Source of the DNA: Desulfatiglandales bacterium
Lineage (GTDB): Bacteria > Desulfobacterota > DSM-4660 > Desulfatiglandales > Desulfatiglandaceae
Direction: 5' to 3'
Length of the DNA: 64,000 bases
Assembly: GCA_963666345.1 (NCBI GenBank)
Contig: OY762721.1
Coordinates: 768,001 to 832,000 of the forward strand
In this document: in pieces, positions 1 to 10,157 of the stretch
Position numbering within the stretch: the stretch's first letter is position 1
Layout: each line of letters starts with the position of its first letter
Notes under the pieces: generated by a model
What the model was told of the DNA's origin: nothing
What the model saw: only the letters and a program-made list of their open reading frames with translations
The model's database searches: none
Program-made: the position numbers and the translations under genes

Positions 1-854
1 TCCTCGAGGTTCTCGAACATAACCTTACAGTAATCATAGACCGTCTGCTTTGAGGCGCTGGCACTGGCTACCACGGTCGCCTTTACTGCAAATGTCTCGG
101 TTTCATGATCGATACCCTTGTAGGAACCTGCAGGGATCTTAGCCATAACATAATAGGGTTTGCTGGCAACATATTTCCTGATTGCATCGGAATTGATGCT
201 GACCAAGTCCGCGGCAACTGAAGTGGCCGGCTCCTCAATGGCCGATGAGCCCAGTCCCACGCTGTAGAAGAAGGCATCTATCTTTCTGTCGATCAGGGCA
301 CGGGAGGCCTCGCTCTGCTGCATACCTTCAGCCTTTATGTCCTTGTCCTTGTCGATTCCGTAGATATCCAGTACTGCCAGGGCCAGCCCCCTCTGTCCTG
401 ATCCCGGGTTGCCGACATTGACTGTCTTTCCCTTAAGATCCATTACGGATTTAATCCCGGCATCCTTTCGGGTCATAAGATAGAGGTACTCCGGGTGCAT
501 GGAAAAGACGCTGCGGATATTCTCTTTTTTCTTGCCATCCCATTCACCTTCGCCCTTCCAGGCCTGGGAATTACGGTCAGACTGGCAAACGCCGAAATCC
601 AGAAGGCCGCGGTCCACTGCATTGATGTTAAATACCGAACCAAGCGCAGGCCTGCCAACGGCGTTATACTTATCGCCAGCATACTTGTTCATGAGAGTGG
701 CGGTCTGGAGAGCTACCTGATAATATACCCCTGTCACAGAACCACCTCCGATCAGGATATCCTGCTTCGCCTGTGCCTGCTGAGGTGCGCCCAGAGCAAG
801 AAATACCATCATGGCCACCATAAGGGTTGCAAAAAATGCTTTTCTAAGTTCCAT
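1..854 (-). CDS. TAXI-family TRAP transporter solute-binding protein (3' end beyond window edge)
   Basis: Not in the ORF track; translated by hand from ATG 854 with AGGAGG RBS at 861-866: MELRKAFFATLMVAMMVFLALGAPQQAQAKQDILIGGGSVTGVYY...GSVFNINAV...DFGVCQSD...DLKGKTVNVGNPGSGQR. Signal peptide plus TAXI motifs. Confidence 0.9.
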   Translation of the reverse strand, partial: MELRKAFFATLMVAMMVFLALGAPQQAQAKQDILIGGGSVTGVYYQVALQTATLMNKYAGDKYNAVGRPALGSVFNINAVDRGLLDFGVCQSDRNSQAWKGEGEWDGKKKENIRSVFSMHPEYLYLMTRKDAGIKSVMDLKGKTVNVGNPGSGQRGLALAVLDIYGIDKDKDIKAEGMQQSEASRALIDRKIDAFFYSVGLGSSAIEEPATSVAADLVSINSDAIRKYVASKPYYVMAKIPAGSYKGIDHETETFAVKATVVASASASKQTVYDYCKVMFENLE

Positions 855-1280
855 AAGTTGCCTCCTTTCGATTTTCCTTCTTATTAAGTTATTGTTATTA
901 GCTGCACTAACGTCGTTAGACACCTTTTTAAGAAGTTGAATCCTGCCAGGCGTTAACCCAATTCCCAGATAAAAGTAGATTGAGATTCATTATTCACATA
1001 GAAGACGGAATGTATTACGTTAAACAAATATGAAAAGAAATTCAATACTAAAAAGGTAAGTATATAGAAATCAGGTTTATTTGTCGAATAGTATTTCACC
1101 TTCCCCGGCAAAGCAAAGGGCCTAGTACCGGGTCCCTTGGCTGAAAGGTTTTTTTGATTAAAAACAGGATATTTTTACAAATAACGGCCATTTTGACTTT
1201 ACATTTTGAATTACAGGTGTTTAGACTGATTTGGTTGTCGTTGTTTAACGGCATTTCTACTTAAAAGGAGGTCCATTTCT

Positions 1281-3407
1281 ATGGACATTTCACTTGAAAA
1301 GGTTTTCAATCCGAATTCGATCGCGGTCATAGGCGCCTCAGAGGTGGCGGGAAAGGCCTCCGAGAGAAGGACCAGGAGTCTTCTTGAAGGAGGCTACAAG
1401 GGAGAGGTCTACCTCATAAATCCGAAAAGATCGGAGCTTTTCGGCAGAAAGGCCTATCCCAGGCTGACGGAAATCGACGCCGAGGTTGACCTGGTAATGA
1501 TAGTCGTGTCGCCCAGATTTCTTGTCTCTGCGGTTCAAGACAGTGTAAAGATGGGAGCAAAGGGCATAATTATCATAACCGCGGGGCTTGGAGAGACAGG
1601 AGATACCGGAAAAGACATTGAGAAGAAAATCATGGAAGAGGCATCCGGAACAGGCACCTTTGTCATAGGCCCCAACTGCAGCGGGATGTTCAGTGCTGCA
1701 GCAAGCATGAACATGCTGGGTGTGCCGGGTATCGACAAGGGGCCTATCTCGGTGCTCGCCCAGAGCGGAAACGTAATCGATTCCCTTACGCACTACGCCA
1801 GGATGAGGGGAACAGGGTTCAGCAAGATAGTAAGCGTCGGTAATGCCATAGGCGTCAACTTTCATGACTACATAGATTATCTAAAGGAAGACCCGGACAC
1901 GAAGGTGATAATGGCCTATCTCGAGGGCATTAAAGAGGGAGACAGGCTTGTGCGGGCGGTGAGGGGAACAGGAAAACCTGTGATAGCCTTAAAGGTCGGC
2001 CGATCAAAGGCAGGAGCAAGAGCGGCTGCATCTCACACAGGCTCCCTTGCGGGAGATGACGCAATCGTGGAGGCCGCCTTCAGACAGGCCGGTATTATAA
2101 GGGCCACAAACGTCGACCAGCTCTTTGATATGGCGGAGTCTTTCAGTACCTGCCCTATTCCCACCGGAAACAGAGTGGCCATACTTTCAGAGGGCGGAGG
2201 CGATAACTCCATAGCGGCCGACAACGCGGAGACACACGGCATGGAAGTCCCGGTGCTGTCACAGGAGACCCAGGAAAGTCTCAAGCCCTTCCTGCTTGAA
2301 GGGATGTCGGCGGCAAATCCTATTGATTACGGGGGCACGGCCGAAGAAAATCCCGAAATGATAAATGAATGTGTAAATGTCTGCATGGCGGACGAAAATG
2401 TGGATGGAATATTCCTGACCGGCTTTTTCGGCGGATTCAGGGACATCATAGCGCCACATGTGGGAGAGCTTGAGGAGAAGACCTCGGAGCAACTTGCAGG
2501 GCTGGTAAAGAAATACCAAAAACCCCTTTTCCTTCATACAAGTTACGCGGGAGAACCGATAAGATCCCTTGAGATTCTGAAATCAGCCGGCATACCGGTG
2601 ATGGAGTCATCGGAGCGCGCCACACAGTGCCTCAGCGCACTTATGAGATTTTCTCTTTATCGTCAAAAATATAGAGATATTGATACCTCTTCTTTGAAAC
2701 CTGAAAAGAGGCCGGGCGTCAAGGTCATTTTTGACAAGGTCAGGAATGAAAAAAGGACTAATCTTCTGGAGACCGAATCAAGGGGGCTGTTGAAAGCGTA
2801 TGGAATTCAACTTCCTGAGGCGGTCCTGGCACGCACGAGAAAAGAGGCGATTGATGCGGCAGAAATCATGAACCGCCCTGTTGCCATGAAAATAGTCTGC
2901 CCGGATATAATACACAAATCGGACGCAGGCGGAATCAGGCTCAACCTCAGGACTCAGGCCGAGGTTAAAGAGGCCTTTGACGAAATAATGGATGCCGCAT
3001 GCGGACAAACGGCAAGGGACCGCATAGAGGGCGAGCTCATATCTCCCATGGCGGAAAAGGGTCAGGAGTGCATAATAGGCATGATAAGGGACCGGCAGTT
3101 CGGACCCGTAATCATGTTCGGCCTCGGCGGTATATTTGTCGAGGTACTCAAGGACGTCTCATTCAGGGTCGCCCCCCTTGCAGAAGTTGATATCGATGAC
3201 ATGATAAAGGAGATAAAGGGCTACAGGCTCCTGACAGGCGTAAGGGGTGAAACACCAAAGGATGTGGATGCCTTGAAGGATATAATTTCAAAGATATCCG
3301 AGATATCGGCGAACAACCCGGAGATCATGGAAATAGACCTGAATCCGGTGATAGTTCATGAAAAAGGGGCGTCCATTGTGGACTCAAGGGTGATTCTCTC
3401 CAGATAA
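1281..3407 (+). CDS. Acetate/acyl-CoA ligase (ADP-forming), fused alpha/beta
   Basis: CoA-binding N-terminus (SIAVIGAS, IGPNCSG), phospho-His motif AAASHTGSLAG, C-terminal ATP-grasp (HKSDAGG, FGPVIMFGLGG, EIDLNP); AGGAGG RBS. Confidence 0.93.
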   Translation: MDISLEKVFNPNSIAVIGASEVAGKASERRTRSLLEGGYKGEVYLINPKRSELFGRKAYPRLTEIDAEVDLVMIVVSPRFLVSAVQDSVKMGAKGIIIITAGLGETGDTGKDIEKKIMEEASGTGTFVIGPNCSGMFSAAASMNMLGVPGIDKGPISVLAQSGNVIDSLTHYARMRGTGFSKIVSVGNAIGVNFHDYIDYLKEDPDTKVIMAYLEGIKEGDRLVRAVRGTGKPVIALKVGRSKAGARAAASHTGSLAGDDAIVEAAFRQAGIIRATNVDQLFDMAESFSTCPIPTGNRVAILSEGGGDNSIAADNAETHGMEVPVLSQETQESLKPFLLEGMSAANPIDYGGTAEENPEMINECVNVCMADENVDGIFLTGFFGGFRDIIAPHVGELEEKTSEQLAGLVKKYQKPLFLHTSYAGEPIRSLEILKSAGIPVMESSERATQCLSALMRFSLYRQKYRDIDTSSLKPEKRPGVKVIFDKVRNEKRTNLLETESRGLLKAYGIQLPEAVLARTRKEAIDAAEIMNRPVAMKIVCPDIIHKSDAGGIRLNLRTQAEVKEAFDEIMDAACGQTARDRIEGELISPMAEKGQECIIGMIRDRQFGPVIMFGLGGIFVEVLKDVSFRVAPLAEVDIDDMIKEIKGYRLLTGVRGETPKDVDALKDIISKISEISANNPEIMEIDLNPVIVHEKGASIVDSRVILSR

Positions 3408-3455
3408 AACGATTACTATTATAGGATCATCTCCAAAAGAGTTGATCTAAATGAA

Positions 3456-3488
3456 GGATTCGAGGGGTCAAGGGTTCGAGGATTCGAT
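3456..3488. repeat. Imperfect ~8-nt tandem repeats upstream of the four-helix-bundle remnant
   Basis: ggattcgaggggtcaagggttcgaggattcga; roughly reverse-complementary to the repeats at 3767-3809. Confidence 0.65.
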
Positions 3489-3492
3489 TGAA

Positions 3493-3785
3493 ATGCTTAA
3501 AAATTATAAAGAGTTAAACATTCGGCAAAAATCGTATACGCTTTGACCTCCCGAATCAGAAGATCCGCTGTTTCCATACCATCGAATATCGCCTAAGGGT
3601 ATGTGCGATTTCTCTATATTGCAGATGGTTCAGTCTGTGAATTGGAAACCCGGGCCATGATATCAGCTAACTTGGGTTATGTGGAAAAACAGAGGCCTCA
3701 GGAATTAGGAGGGGAAATCGGGGATGCCGAGACAATGCTGAAAGCGATGATCAAATCCTTGGAAACCAAACCCTTGAATCCTTGA
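3493..3785 (+). pseudogene. Four-helix-bundle protein (23S rRNA IVS/bAvd-like family) pseudogene
   Basis: MLKNYKELNIRQKSY / frameshift / YALTSRIRRSAVSIPSNIA*GY / VRFLYIADGSVCELET... The family motif RRxAxSIPxNIAEG has E changed to TAA, and two internal segments are missing. Confidence 0.85.
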
Positions 3786-3809
3786 ATCCTGGAACCCTTG
3801 GACCCTTTC
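3767..3809. repeat. Imperfect ~8-nt tandem repeats downstream of the four-helix-bundle remnant
   Basis: aaacccttgaatccttgaatcctggaacccttggacccttt, inverted relative to the upstream repeats. Confidence 0.65.
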
Positions 3810-3850
3810 TCCCAACTAATTGGGAGAAGAACCCTATTATGGAGGGAAAA

Positions 3851-4615
3851 ATGGATTTTGAGTGCATCATTTACGAAAAGGATAACGGCATCGCGACAAT
3901 CAAACTGAACAGGCCCAGTGTCCTGAACGCGATGAACAGGCAGCTCTGGATAGACCTTCAGGCCGCACTCGAAGACGCAAGAAATGACGCTCAGATAAGG
4001 GTGGTCATAATAACAGGTGAAGGCAGGGCATTTTCAACGGGAGCGGATCTGAAGGATTCCAGGGACAGGAGCATGGAGGACTACAGGGCCTACCTGGTGG
4101 AACTTCAGGAGGCCTCAAGAAAGATCATCCGCTTTGAAAAGCCTACCATTGCCGCCATAAACGGTTACGCGCTCGGCTCAGGCTACGAACTGGCCCTTGC
4201 CTGCGATATCAGGATTGCGGCCGAGGAGGCACAGATCGGCTCCCCTGAGGCCAGGGTTACCTCTTCGGTTACGGGTGGAGCTATGAGACTGGTACAGGAT
4301 CTCATAGGACCGGGCAAGGCCAGGGAACTGCTCTTTACCGCCCGATACATAGACGGCAGGGAGGCGGAGAGGATAGGCCTTGTCAACAGCGCGGTCCCCC
4401 TTGAAAAACTTATGAATGAAGCCTATGCCATGGCTGACAAAATATCGGAAAATTCCGCCTTTTCCATCAAGATGATCAAGCGGGGTCTCATAATGGCACG
4501 CGGAGAGGTGAGTCTTGAAGCGCTCATGGACTATGAGGTTGAGGCATGCCTTGCCTGTGTGTCGACAAAAGAAAGGCAGGACTCGCTAAAGGATTTCGAG
4601 GAGAGAAAAAAATAA
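3851..4615 (+). CDS. Enoyl-CoA hydratase/isomerase (crotonase family)
   Basis: LNRP..LNA, AFSTGADL, AAINGYALGSGYELALACD. Start moved to ATG 3851 behind a GGAGG RBS. Confidence 0.92.
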   Translation: MDFECIIYEKDNGIATIKLNRPSVLNAMNRQLWIDLQAALEDARNDAQIRVVIITGEGRAFSTGADLKDSRDRSMEDYRAYLVELQEASRKIIRFEKPTIAAINGYALGSGYELALACDIRIAAEEAQIGSPEARVTSSVTGGAMRLVQDLIGPGKARELLFTARYIDGREAERIGLVNSAVPLEKLMNEAYAMADKISENSAFSIKMIKRGLIMARGEVSLEALMDYEVEACLACVSTKERQDSLKDFEERKK

Positions 4616-4635
4616 AACCATTTGAGGATCTTGAT

Positions 4636-4842
4636 ATGGCCGGGGTACCAGAGGAAAAAAGGAAGGAAGTAATTATCAACAGGGAATGGTGCAAGGGGTG
4701 CGGCATATGCGTCAGCTTCTGTCCCAAGGAGGTGCTGGAGCTTGACGAGGAAGACAAGGCGAAATGGGCGCATCCGGAAAACTGCATTTCATGCGGTCTT
4801 TGCGAACTGAGATGCCCTGATCTTGCAATCGAGCTTAGGTAA
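4636..4842 (+). CDS. korD: 2x[4Fe-4S] ferredoxin, delta subunit of 2-oxoacid:acceptor oxidoreductase
   Basis: CKGCGICVSFCP and CISCGLCELRCP, directly upstream of the alpha subunit. Confidence 0.85.
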   Translation: MAGVPEEKRKEVIINREWCKGCGICVSFCPKEVLELDEEDKAKWAHPENCISCGLCELRCPDLAIELR

Positions 4843-4853
4843 AGGAGACAAAG

Positions 4854-6002
4854 GTGAAGCCCAACATACGATTCATCCAGGGAAACGAGGCCATCACGGA
4901 GGGAGCCCTTTACGCGGGGCTCAAATTTTACGGGGGATACCCCATAACGCCCTCGACGGAGATCGCCGAGATCCTATCCGAAAGGCTTCCGGCCCTGGGC
5001 GGAAAATTCATCCAGATGGAGGATGAAATCTCCTCCATGTGTGCCATTATAGGCGCGTCGCTTACCGGCCTTAAGGTGATGACTGCGACAAGCGGACCTG
5101 GTTTTTCTCTGATGCAGGAGGCCATAGGCTATGCGGTTATGGCTGAGGTGCCTACCGTTGTCGTCAATGTTCAAAGGGGCGGCCCGAGCACAGGGCTTCC
5201 GACCTCCGTTGCCCAGGGAGATGTCATGCAGGCCAGGTGGGGTACTCACGGGGAACATTCCATCATAACCCTTACAGCGTCAAACCTGCAGGATGCGTTT
5301 TTCATAACCGTTGAGGCCTTTAACCTTTCAGAGACATTCAGGACACCTGTCATACTCCTGTTCGACGAAGTCTTGGCACATATGCGTGAAAAGGTGACCA
5401 TCCCCAAGCCCGGCGATATCGAGGTAGTCGACCGCTTAAGGACATCAGTGCCTGAAGGAACGGACTACCATCCCTACCTGACCAGGGAGGACGGGAGACT
5501 GCCCATGAGCGACTTCGGAGGAGTGCATCGGTATAATGTAACGGGCCTGGTTCATGACATGTGGGGTTTTCCCAGCACCGACCCGCTTGTTGCCTACGAA
5601 CTCATTCACCACCTGGTAGACAAGCTGGAGCACAGGGCCGATGACATAGCCTTTTACAAGGGATACTTTCTTAATGACGCGGACATCCTTCTTATCTCTT
5701 ACGGAAGCGCCGCCAGGAGCGCCCTTCACATGGTGGAGGCCCGGCGCCAGCGAGGAGAAAAGGTCGGGCTGCTTGAGCTTCAGAGCCTCTGGCCCTTTCC
5801 CAAGGACACCGTAAGACAGAAATGCGAGGGTCGAAGCCATATACTTGTGGTGGAAATGAATATGGGACAGATCTGCCAGGAGGTAAAAAAGGCGGTCACG
5901 GAGCCTGAGAAGGTCTTTCTGGCCAATCGGATAGACGGGGTAACAATCGCGCCTGTGGACATACTGAGGGTGCTGAATCTGATTCAGGGAAAAGGGGTTT
6001 AA
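4854..6002 (+). CDS. korA: 2-oxoacid:ferredoxin oxidoreductase alpha subunit
   Basis: GYPITPSTE, QMEDE, TATSGPGFSLMQE, QRGGPSTGLPT motifs. Exact 2-oxoacid not determinable. Confidence 0.9.
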   Translation: MKPNIRFIQGNEAITEGALYAGLKFYGGYPITPSTEIAEILSERLPALGGKFIQMEDEISSMCAIIGASLTGLKVMTATSGPGFSLMQEAIGYAVMAEVPTVVVNVQRGGPSTGLPTSVAQGDVMQARWGTHGEHSIITLTASNLQDAFFITVEAFNLSETFRTPVILLFDEVLAHMREKVTIPKPGDIEVVDRLRTSVPEGTDYHPYLTREDGRLPMSDFGGVHRYNVTGLVHDMWGFPSTDPLVAYELIHHLVDKLEHRADDIAFYKGYFLNDADILLISYGSAARSALHMVEARRQRGEKVGLLELQSLWPFPKDTVRQKCEGRSHILVVEMNMGQICQEVKKAVTEPEKVFLANRIDGVTIAPVDILRVLNLIQGKGV

Positions 6003-6004
6003 GG

Positions 6005-6802
6005 ATGGCTGTAAGCGAATATATCAGAAGACGTTTTTTTCCTCACCTCTGGTGCCCCGGGTGCGGGCACGGTATCGTCATGGCAAACATGATCAGGGCT
6101 ATCGAAGAACTGGGGTTGAAAAAAAACGATGTGGTGGTGGTCTCCGGAATCGGCTGCTCATCAAGAATGCCGGGATACCTGGACTTTCACACTATGCACA
6201 CGCTCCATGGGAGGGCACTGGCCTTTGCGATGGGGGTCAAGATGGGAAGACCCGAGCTCAAAGTGATAGTCCCGATGGGAGACGGGGACGCACTTGCAAT
6301 CGGGGGAAACCACCTTATCCATGCGGCGAGGAGAAATGTGGATTTAACCGCCGTTATCATGAACAACAGCATTTACGGCATGACGGGTGGGCAGTTTTCC
6401 CCTCTTACTCCATTTGGGAAAAAGGCCACAACCGCAGTGACAGGAACCATTGATCACGCCTTCGATATAGTCAAACTTGCCAGCGGCGCAGGGGCCTCCT
6501 TTGTTGCAAGGACATCGACATACCATGTAAAGGAGCTTGCAAAGATTCTGAAAAAGGCCATTACCCATAAAGGGTTTTCCGTGGTCGAGGTAATGTCTCA
6601 ATGTCCCACATATTTCGGAAGAAAGAACCGGCAGGGAAGCGCCTCCGACATGATGAAATCATACAAGGACGGAACCGCTCCGATAGGGTCGAAAAAGAGC
6701 AAGGAGCATCCTGAACTTATCGAAAGGGGCATATTCGTGGAAGAAGAGCGCCCCGAATATGTAGACAGCTATCTTGAACTGGTAAAGGAATGCGAGGTCT
6801 GA
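6005..6802 (+). CDS. korB: 2-oxoacid:ferredoxin oxidoreductase beta subunit (TPP-binding)
   Basis: WCPGCG, SGIGCS, GDGD...NN, YGMTGGQ. Confidence 0.9.
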   Translation: MAVSEYIRRRFFPHLWCPGCGHGIVMANMIRAIEELGLKKNDVVVVSGIGCSSRMPGYLDFHTMHTLHGRALAFAMGVKMGRPELKVIVPMGDGDALAIGGNHLIHAARRNVDLTAVIMNNSIYGMTGGQFSPLTPFGKKATTAVTGTIDHAFDIVKLASGAGASFVARTSTYHVKELAKILKKAITHKGFSVVEVMSQCPTYFGRKNRQGSASDMMKSYKDGTAPIGSKKSKEHPELIERGIFVEEERPEYVDSYLELVKECEV

Positions 6803-6900
6803 AACGGGATATCAAAGGCAAAAGCGGGCGAACGTCTTCTTTCATTCCCGCAACGGAAAATCAAATACCGGTTTAACACCTGATATTGAGGTAGATTAAA

Positions 6901-7449
6901 ATGGATATCATTGGAACCAGGATAGTCTTCAGCGGCTCCGGAGGACAGGGGGTTATAACGGCAGCCATAATACTTGCCGAGGCGGCGGTGATTCACGAGG
7001 GGCTGAATGCTGTTCAGACCCAGTCATACGGGCCTGAGGCCCGAGGCGGCGCCACAAGGGCGGACATCATAATCTCCAAACACCCGGTAAGGCATCCGAA
7101 GGTCATAAACCCTCATCAACTGGTCTGTCTCACCCAGGAGGCATATAACAAATTTTCCCATATCGTAAGACCCGGGGGCATCCTGATCACCGACAGCGGT
7201 CTGGTCAAATCGGCTAAGAAGGTGGATGCGCGTCAGGTGGAACTGCCCATATATGCGAAAGTGATGGAAAAAATCGGCAAACCGATTGTATTTAATATAT
7301 GCATGCTGGGGGCATTTGTTGAGATTACCGGTATAGTAAGGGGAGAATCGGTCATAAAGGTACTGAGTGAAAAGATACCTTCCGGTTTTATAGATTTGAA
7401 CAAAAAGGCCTTTAAGCTCGGCTCAGAGCTTGTAAGGCAAAACATTTAG
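6901..7449 (+). CDS. korC: 2-oxoacid:ferredoxin oxidoreductase gamma subunit
   Basis: GSGGQG, SYGPEARGG. Confidence 0.9.
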   Translation: MDIIGTRIVFSGSGGQGVITAAIILAEAAVIHEGLNAVQTQSYGPEARGGATRADIIISKHPVRHPKVINPHQLVCLTQEAYNKFSHIVRPGGILITDSGLVKSAKKVDARQVELPIYAKVMEKIGKPIVFNICMLGAFVEITGIVRGESVIKVLSEKIPSGFIDLNKKAFKLGSELVRQNI

Positions 7450-7474
7450 ACATCATTTATCTTCGATCTAATAG

Positions 7475-7520
7475 CCTCCCCAGGAACAGCAGCGGATCTG
7501 AGTCCTGGGGGGGATTTTTT
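7475..7520 (+). terminator. Putative intrinsic terminator after the kor operon
   Basis: CCTCCCCAGGA...TCCTGGGGGGG stem with a long loop, followed by ATTTTTT. Confidence 0.5.
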
Positions 7521-7608
7521 ATTCTTTATAAATTTCAGGTTATGCTGACAAACGCCGTTTACCTTCTCAGGCATTTCCGCCTTCAGGATTTATCCGGCAA
7601 AAGGAAAA

Positions 7609-8592
7609 ATGGATTTCATCCGACCGTCAAAGGATTTTCTGGTAAAACTTTCCAGGGATTGGGCAGGGACATGCCTGACCCTGTTCAGGGTAATGATACC
7701 TGTCATAATCATAGTCAAGGCCCTTAAGGAACTGAATCTAATAAGATATCTCACATTCTTCCTCGATCCCGTCATGGAACTTATAGGTCTTCCCGGTGAG
7801 ATGGGGATAGTCTGGGCCACTGCCATGGTAGACACCATATACGGTTCCATCATAGTATTGCTGTCTCTTAACGGCGGGACAATGCTTACAACCGCTCAGG
7901 TGACCATACTGGCCACGGTCGTACTGGTGGCTCACAGCCTCCCTGTAGAGCTGAAGATTGCCCAGAAATCAGGTCCCAAGCTGCCCTTTCAGGCCATATG
8001 CAGGCTGGGGTGCGCCTTTTTTATCGGATGGTTTTTAAACAGATTTTACTCTTATTTCGACCTGTTGCAGAATCCTTCAGTCAACCTGCTTAAACGCGAA
8101 ATCGCCTCAATTTCCGAAAAGGAATCGACCCTTGAGTGGGCACTTGGACAGGCCCGGACCTTGATATACATATCCATAGTAATCTTCGCCCTTCTGGGAT
8201 TCATGAGGATCCTTCAGAAAATAAAGGTGATCGATATGGTCAACAGGCTCCTCAGGCCCATCCTCAGGATAATCGGTATAGGACCCAAGGCGTCCACCAT
8301 TACAATCTTCGGTCTTTCGCTCGGCATCACATACGGAGGGGGGCTGATAATTCATGAGGCAAGAAACGGACATGTGAAAAAGGAGGACGTCTTTTTTTCT
8401 TTGACCCTCATGGGGATATCCCACAGTCTCATCGAAGACACACTGTTGATGGTAATGATAGGCGGGGATCTCTCCGGTATCCTATGGGCAAGGCTGATCT
8501 TCTCCCTTGTTTTTGTGTCTATCCTGGTGAGGACGGCGGCGCGCCTGCCGAGATCATTCTGTGAAAGGTATTTCTGGGGGGACCCCAGATAA
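7609..8592 (+). CDS. Nucleoside-recognition (Gate) domain membrane protein
   Basis: Multi-pass membrane protein with two similar halves (AHSLPVE / SHSLIED; P.M.LIGLP / P.L.IIGIG). Confidence 0.7.
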   Translation: MDFIRPSKDFLVKLSRDWAGTCLTLFRVMIPVIIIVKALKELNLIRYLTFFLDPVMELIGLPGEMGIVWATAMVDTIYGSIIVLLSLNGGTMLTTAQVTILATVVLVAHSLPVELKIAQKSGPKLPFQAICRLGCAFFIGWFLNRFYSYFDLLQNPSVNLLKREIASISEKESTLEWALGQARTLIYISIVIFALLGFMRILQKIKVIDMVNRLLRPILRIIGIGPKASTITIFGLSLGITYGGGLIIHEARNGHVKKEDVFFSLTLMGISHSLIEDTLLMVMIGGDLSGILWARLIFSLVFVSILVRTAARLPRSFCERYFWGDPR

Positions 8593-8615
8593 AACCAGGA
8601 AACAGGACACAAATC

Positions 8616-9851
8616 CTACAGCCGGTAAACGGTCGGTTTTCCCTCTACATCTATGTCGATGCCTATAAAATCACCGGTCCTGAAGCCGTGCAATCTGAAA
8701 TCCTTTATGACCTCTTCATCTCTGTGCTCGAACCAGTATACCGCCCAGAGCGGGTTGCGGACAGTATCTATTCCGTAGGCATCGTGGCTGCACATGTTAA
8801 AGGTAATGTTTTGTCTTGCTATAAAGGTGTCTGATTCGGCGAGAAAGTAATCGATCTTATATGCGGCCTCCCTGAGTGCCCTTGACAGTGTCTTCTGCTG
8901 CTCAGGGGTATCGTCGAGATAATGATTCGCCACCTGGTAGAGATCGTCCGGCACCTCTATTGAAAGGCCCAGCACACCGAAACGCTCGTACCTCAAAGCG
9001 AAGTTTTCAAGCTCCTTTTCATAATCGGTTATGGTCTTCAGAACATCTTCAACCGTGGGCGCATCGCCTTCCGCTCCCAGGATCATATCCTCGCACCTGC
9101 TTATAACGTTTATATAGAAGGCGTGATTGTCCATCACGTAGATAGGCCTTTCACGGTAGTTCCTGCGCTTTCGTATCCTCTTCAACCCGTCAAGCCTTAT
9201 TGAACGCTCGCTTTCCTTCATTTCCAGCGTTTCGATGCTTGATATGTCCTTTGCCTGCACAACGTATATATCACCGTCTTCCGAGACTATAAATTCGATC
9301 TCGCATCTGAAACCGAGGAAATCCTGTATATCCTCCGACATCTGGAGAAGGCGTCTGTCATGAGGGGTCCGGGTGATGAACGGCTGGCCTTTCACCTTGT
9401 GGTTCCTGTCCTGACAGTACCCGAATTCCCAACTGTCACCCAGCATCTTTGCCATGACGCTTCTTCCCTCGATAAAGGGCATGACAATGACCCCCATCTC
9501 TTCAAGATCCAATTCAGGGGCATTGCTGAATCTCTGCTGGCGCATTACGGAAAGCCTGTTTGTCGACCCGGCAAAACTTATTATCCTCTTACGGGCGTAT
9601 ACTATCCCCCCGGTGTCCGCATATGTTTCAAGGGAATCAAAGGTACCCCCCTTAAAATATTCCTCACTGGGATGACCGCTTCTTGCGATGACCTTATAAC
9701 TCTCGGCACACTTGCTGAGAAAGCCTTCCAGTCTGTCAAATCTTTCTTCCCTGAAATCTTCGGCAGGGACATATATAAAATCCGGGACATTGAATTTCCC
9801 TTGCCTTAGTCTCTCAAGAAGTCTCGCCTTTTCCGGTAGATGCAATTCCAT
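8616..9851 (-). CDS. Hypothetical protein with N-terminal PEP-synthase/PPDK-like ATP-grasp motifs
   Basis: 411 aa ORF with AGGAG RBS; KARLL..L..GKFNVPDF, VIARS, EIEF, IYVVQAKDI resemble the PPDK nucleotide-binding domain. Confidence 0.6.
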   Translation of the reverse strand: MELHLPEKARLLERLRQGKFNVPDFIYVPAEDFREERFDRLEGFLSKCAESYKVIARSGHPSEEYFKGGTFDSLETYADTGGIVYARKRIISFAGSTNRLSVMRQQRFSNAPELDLEEMGVIVMPFIEGRSVMAKMLGDSWEFGYCQDRNHKVKGQPFITRTPHDRRLLQMSEDIQDFLGFRCEIEFIVSEDGDIYVVQAKDISSIETLEMKESERSIRLDGLKRIRKRRNYRERPIYVMDNHAFYINVISRCEDMILGAEGDAPTVEDVLKTITDYEKELENFALRYERFGVLGLSIEVPDDLYQVANHYLDDTPEQQKTLSRALREAAYKIDYFLAESDTFIARQNITFNMCSHDAYGIDTVRNPLWAVYWFEHRDEEVIKDFRLHGFRTGDFIGIDIDVEGKPTVYRL

Positions 9852-10157
9852 TTCTCCTTACACGTTATTCATTCGGAAATAATAGATCCGTGAACAGGGT
9901 ATCCAGGGACCGGCCGAAATATTTCAAAACGGACCCGGGGTAGACCTTACAAAAATAAATAATCATCACTATTATGTCACAGCCTGTTATCCTCCCCAGA
10001 AACATTATGTATTTTTTGTAATAATTCAAGCCCCTGAACAGGCACTCCGGTTAGAGAACCCTTTTTTATATTGCATGAGACTCTTAACTGTTTATTTTAT
10101 AATATTGAGAAAATTTATATCTCCGAGTTTCACCTCTCTTCGCTAAAGGTTCCTTAA

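Noticed and set aside
3456..3809. CRISPR array or diversity-generating retroelement suggested by the repeats and bAvd-like gene
   Set aside because: The repeats are ~8 nt and degenerate with no spacers; no cas gene, reverse transcriptase or TR/VR pair is present in the window.
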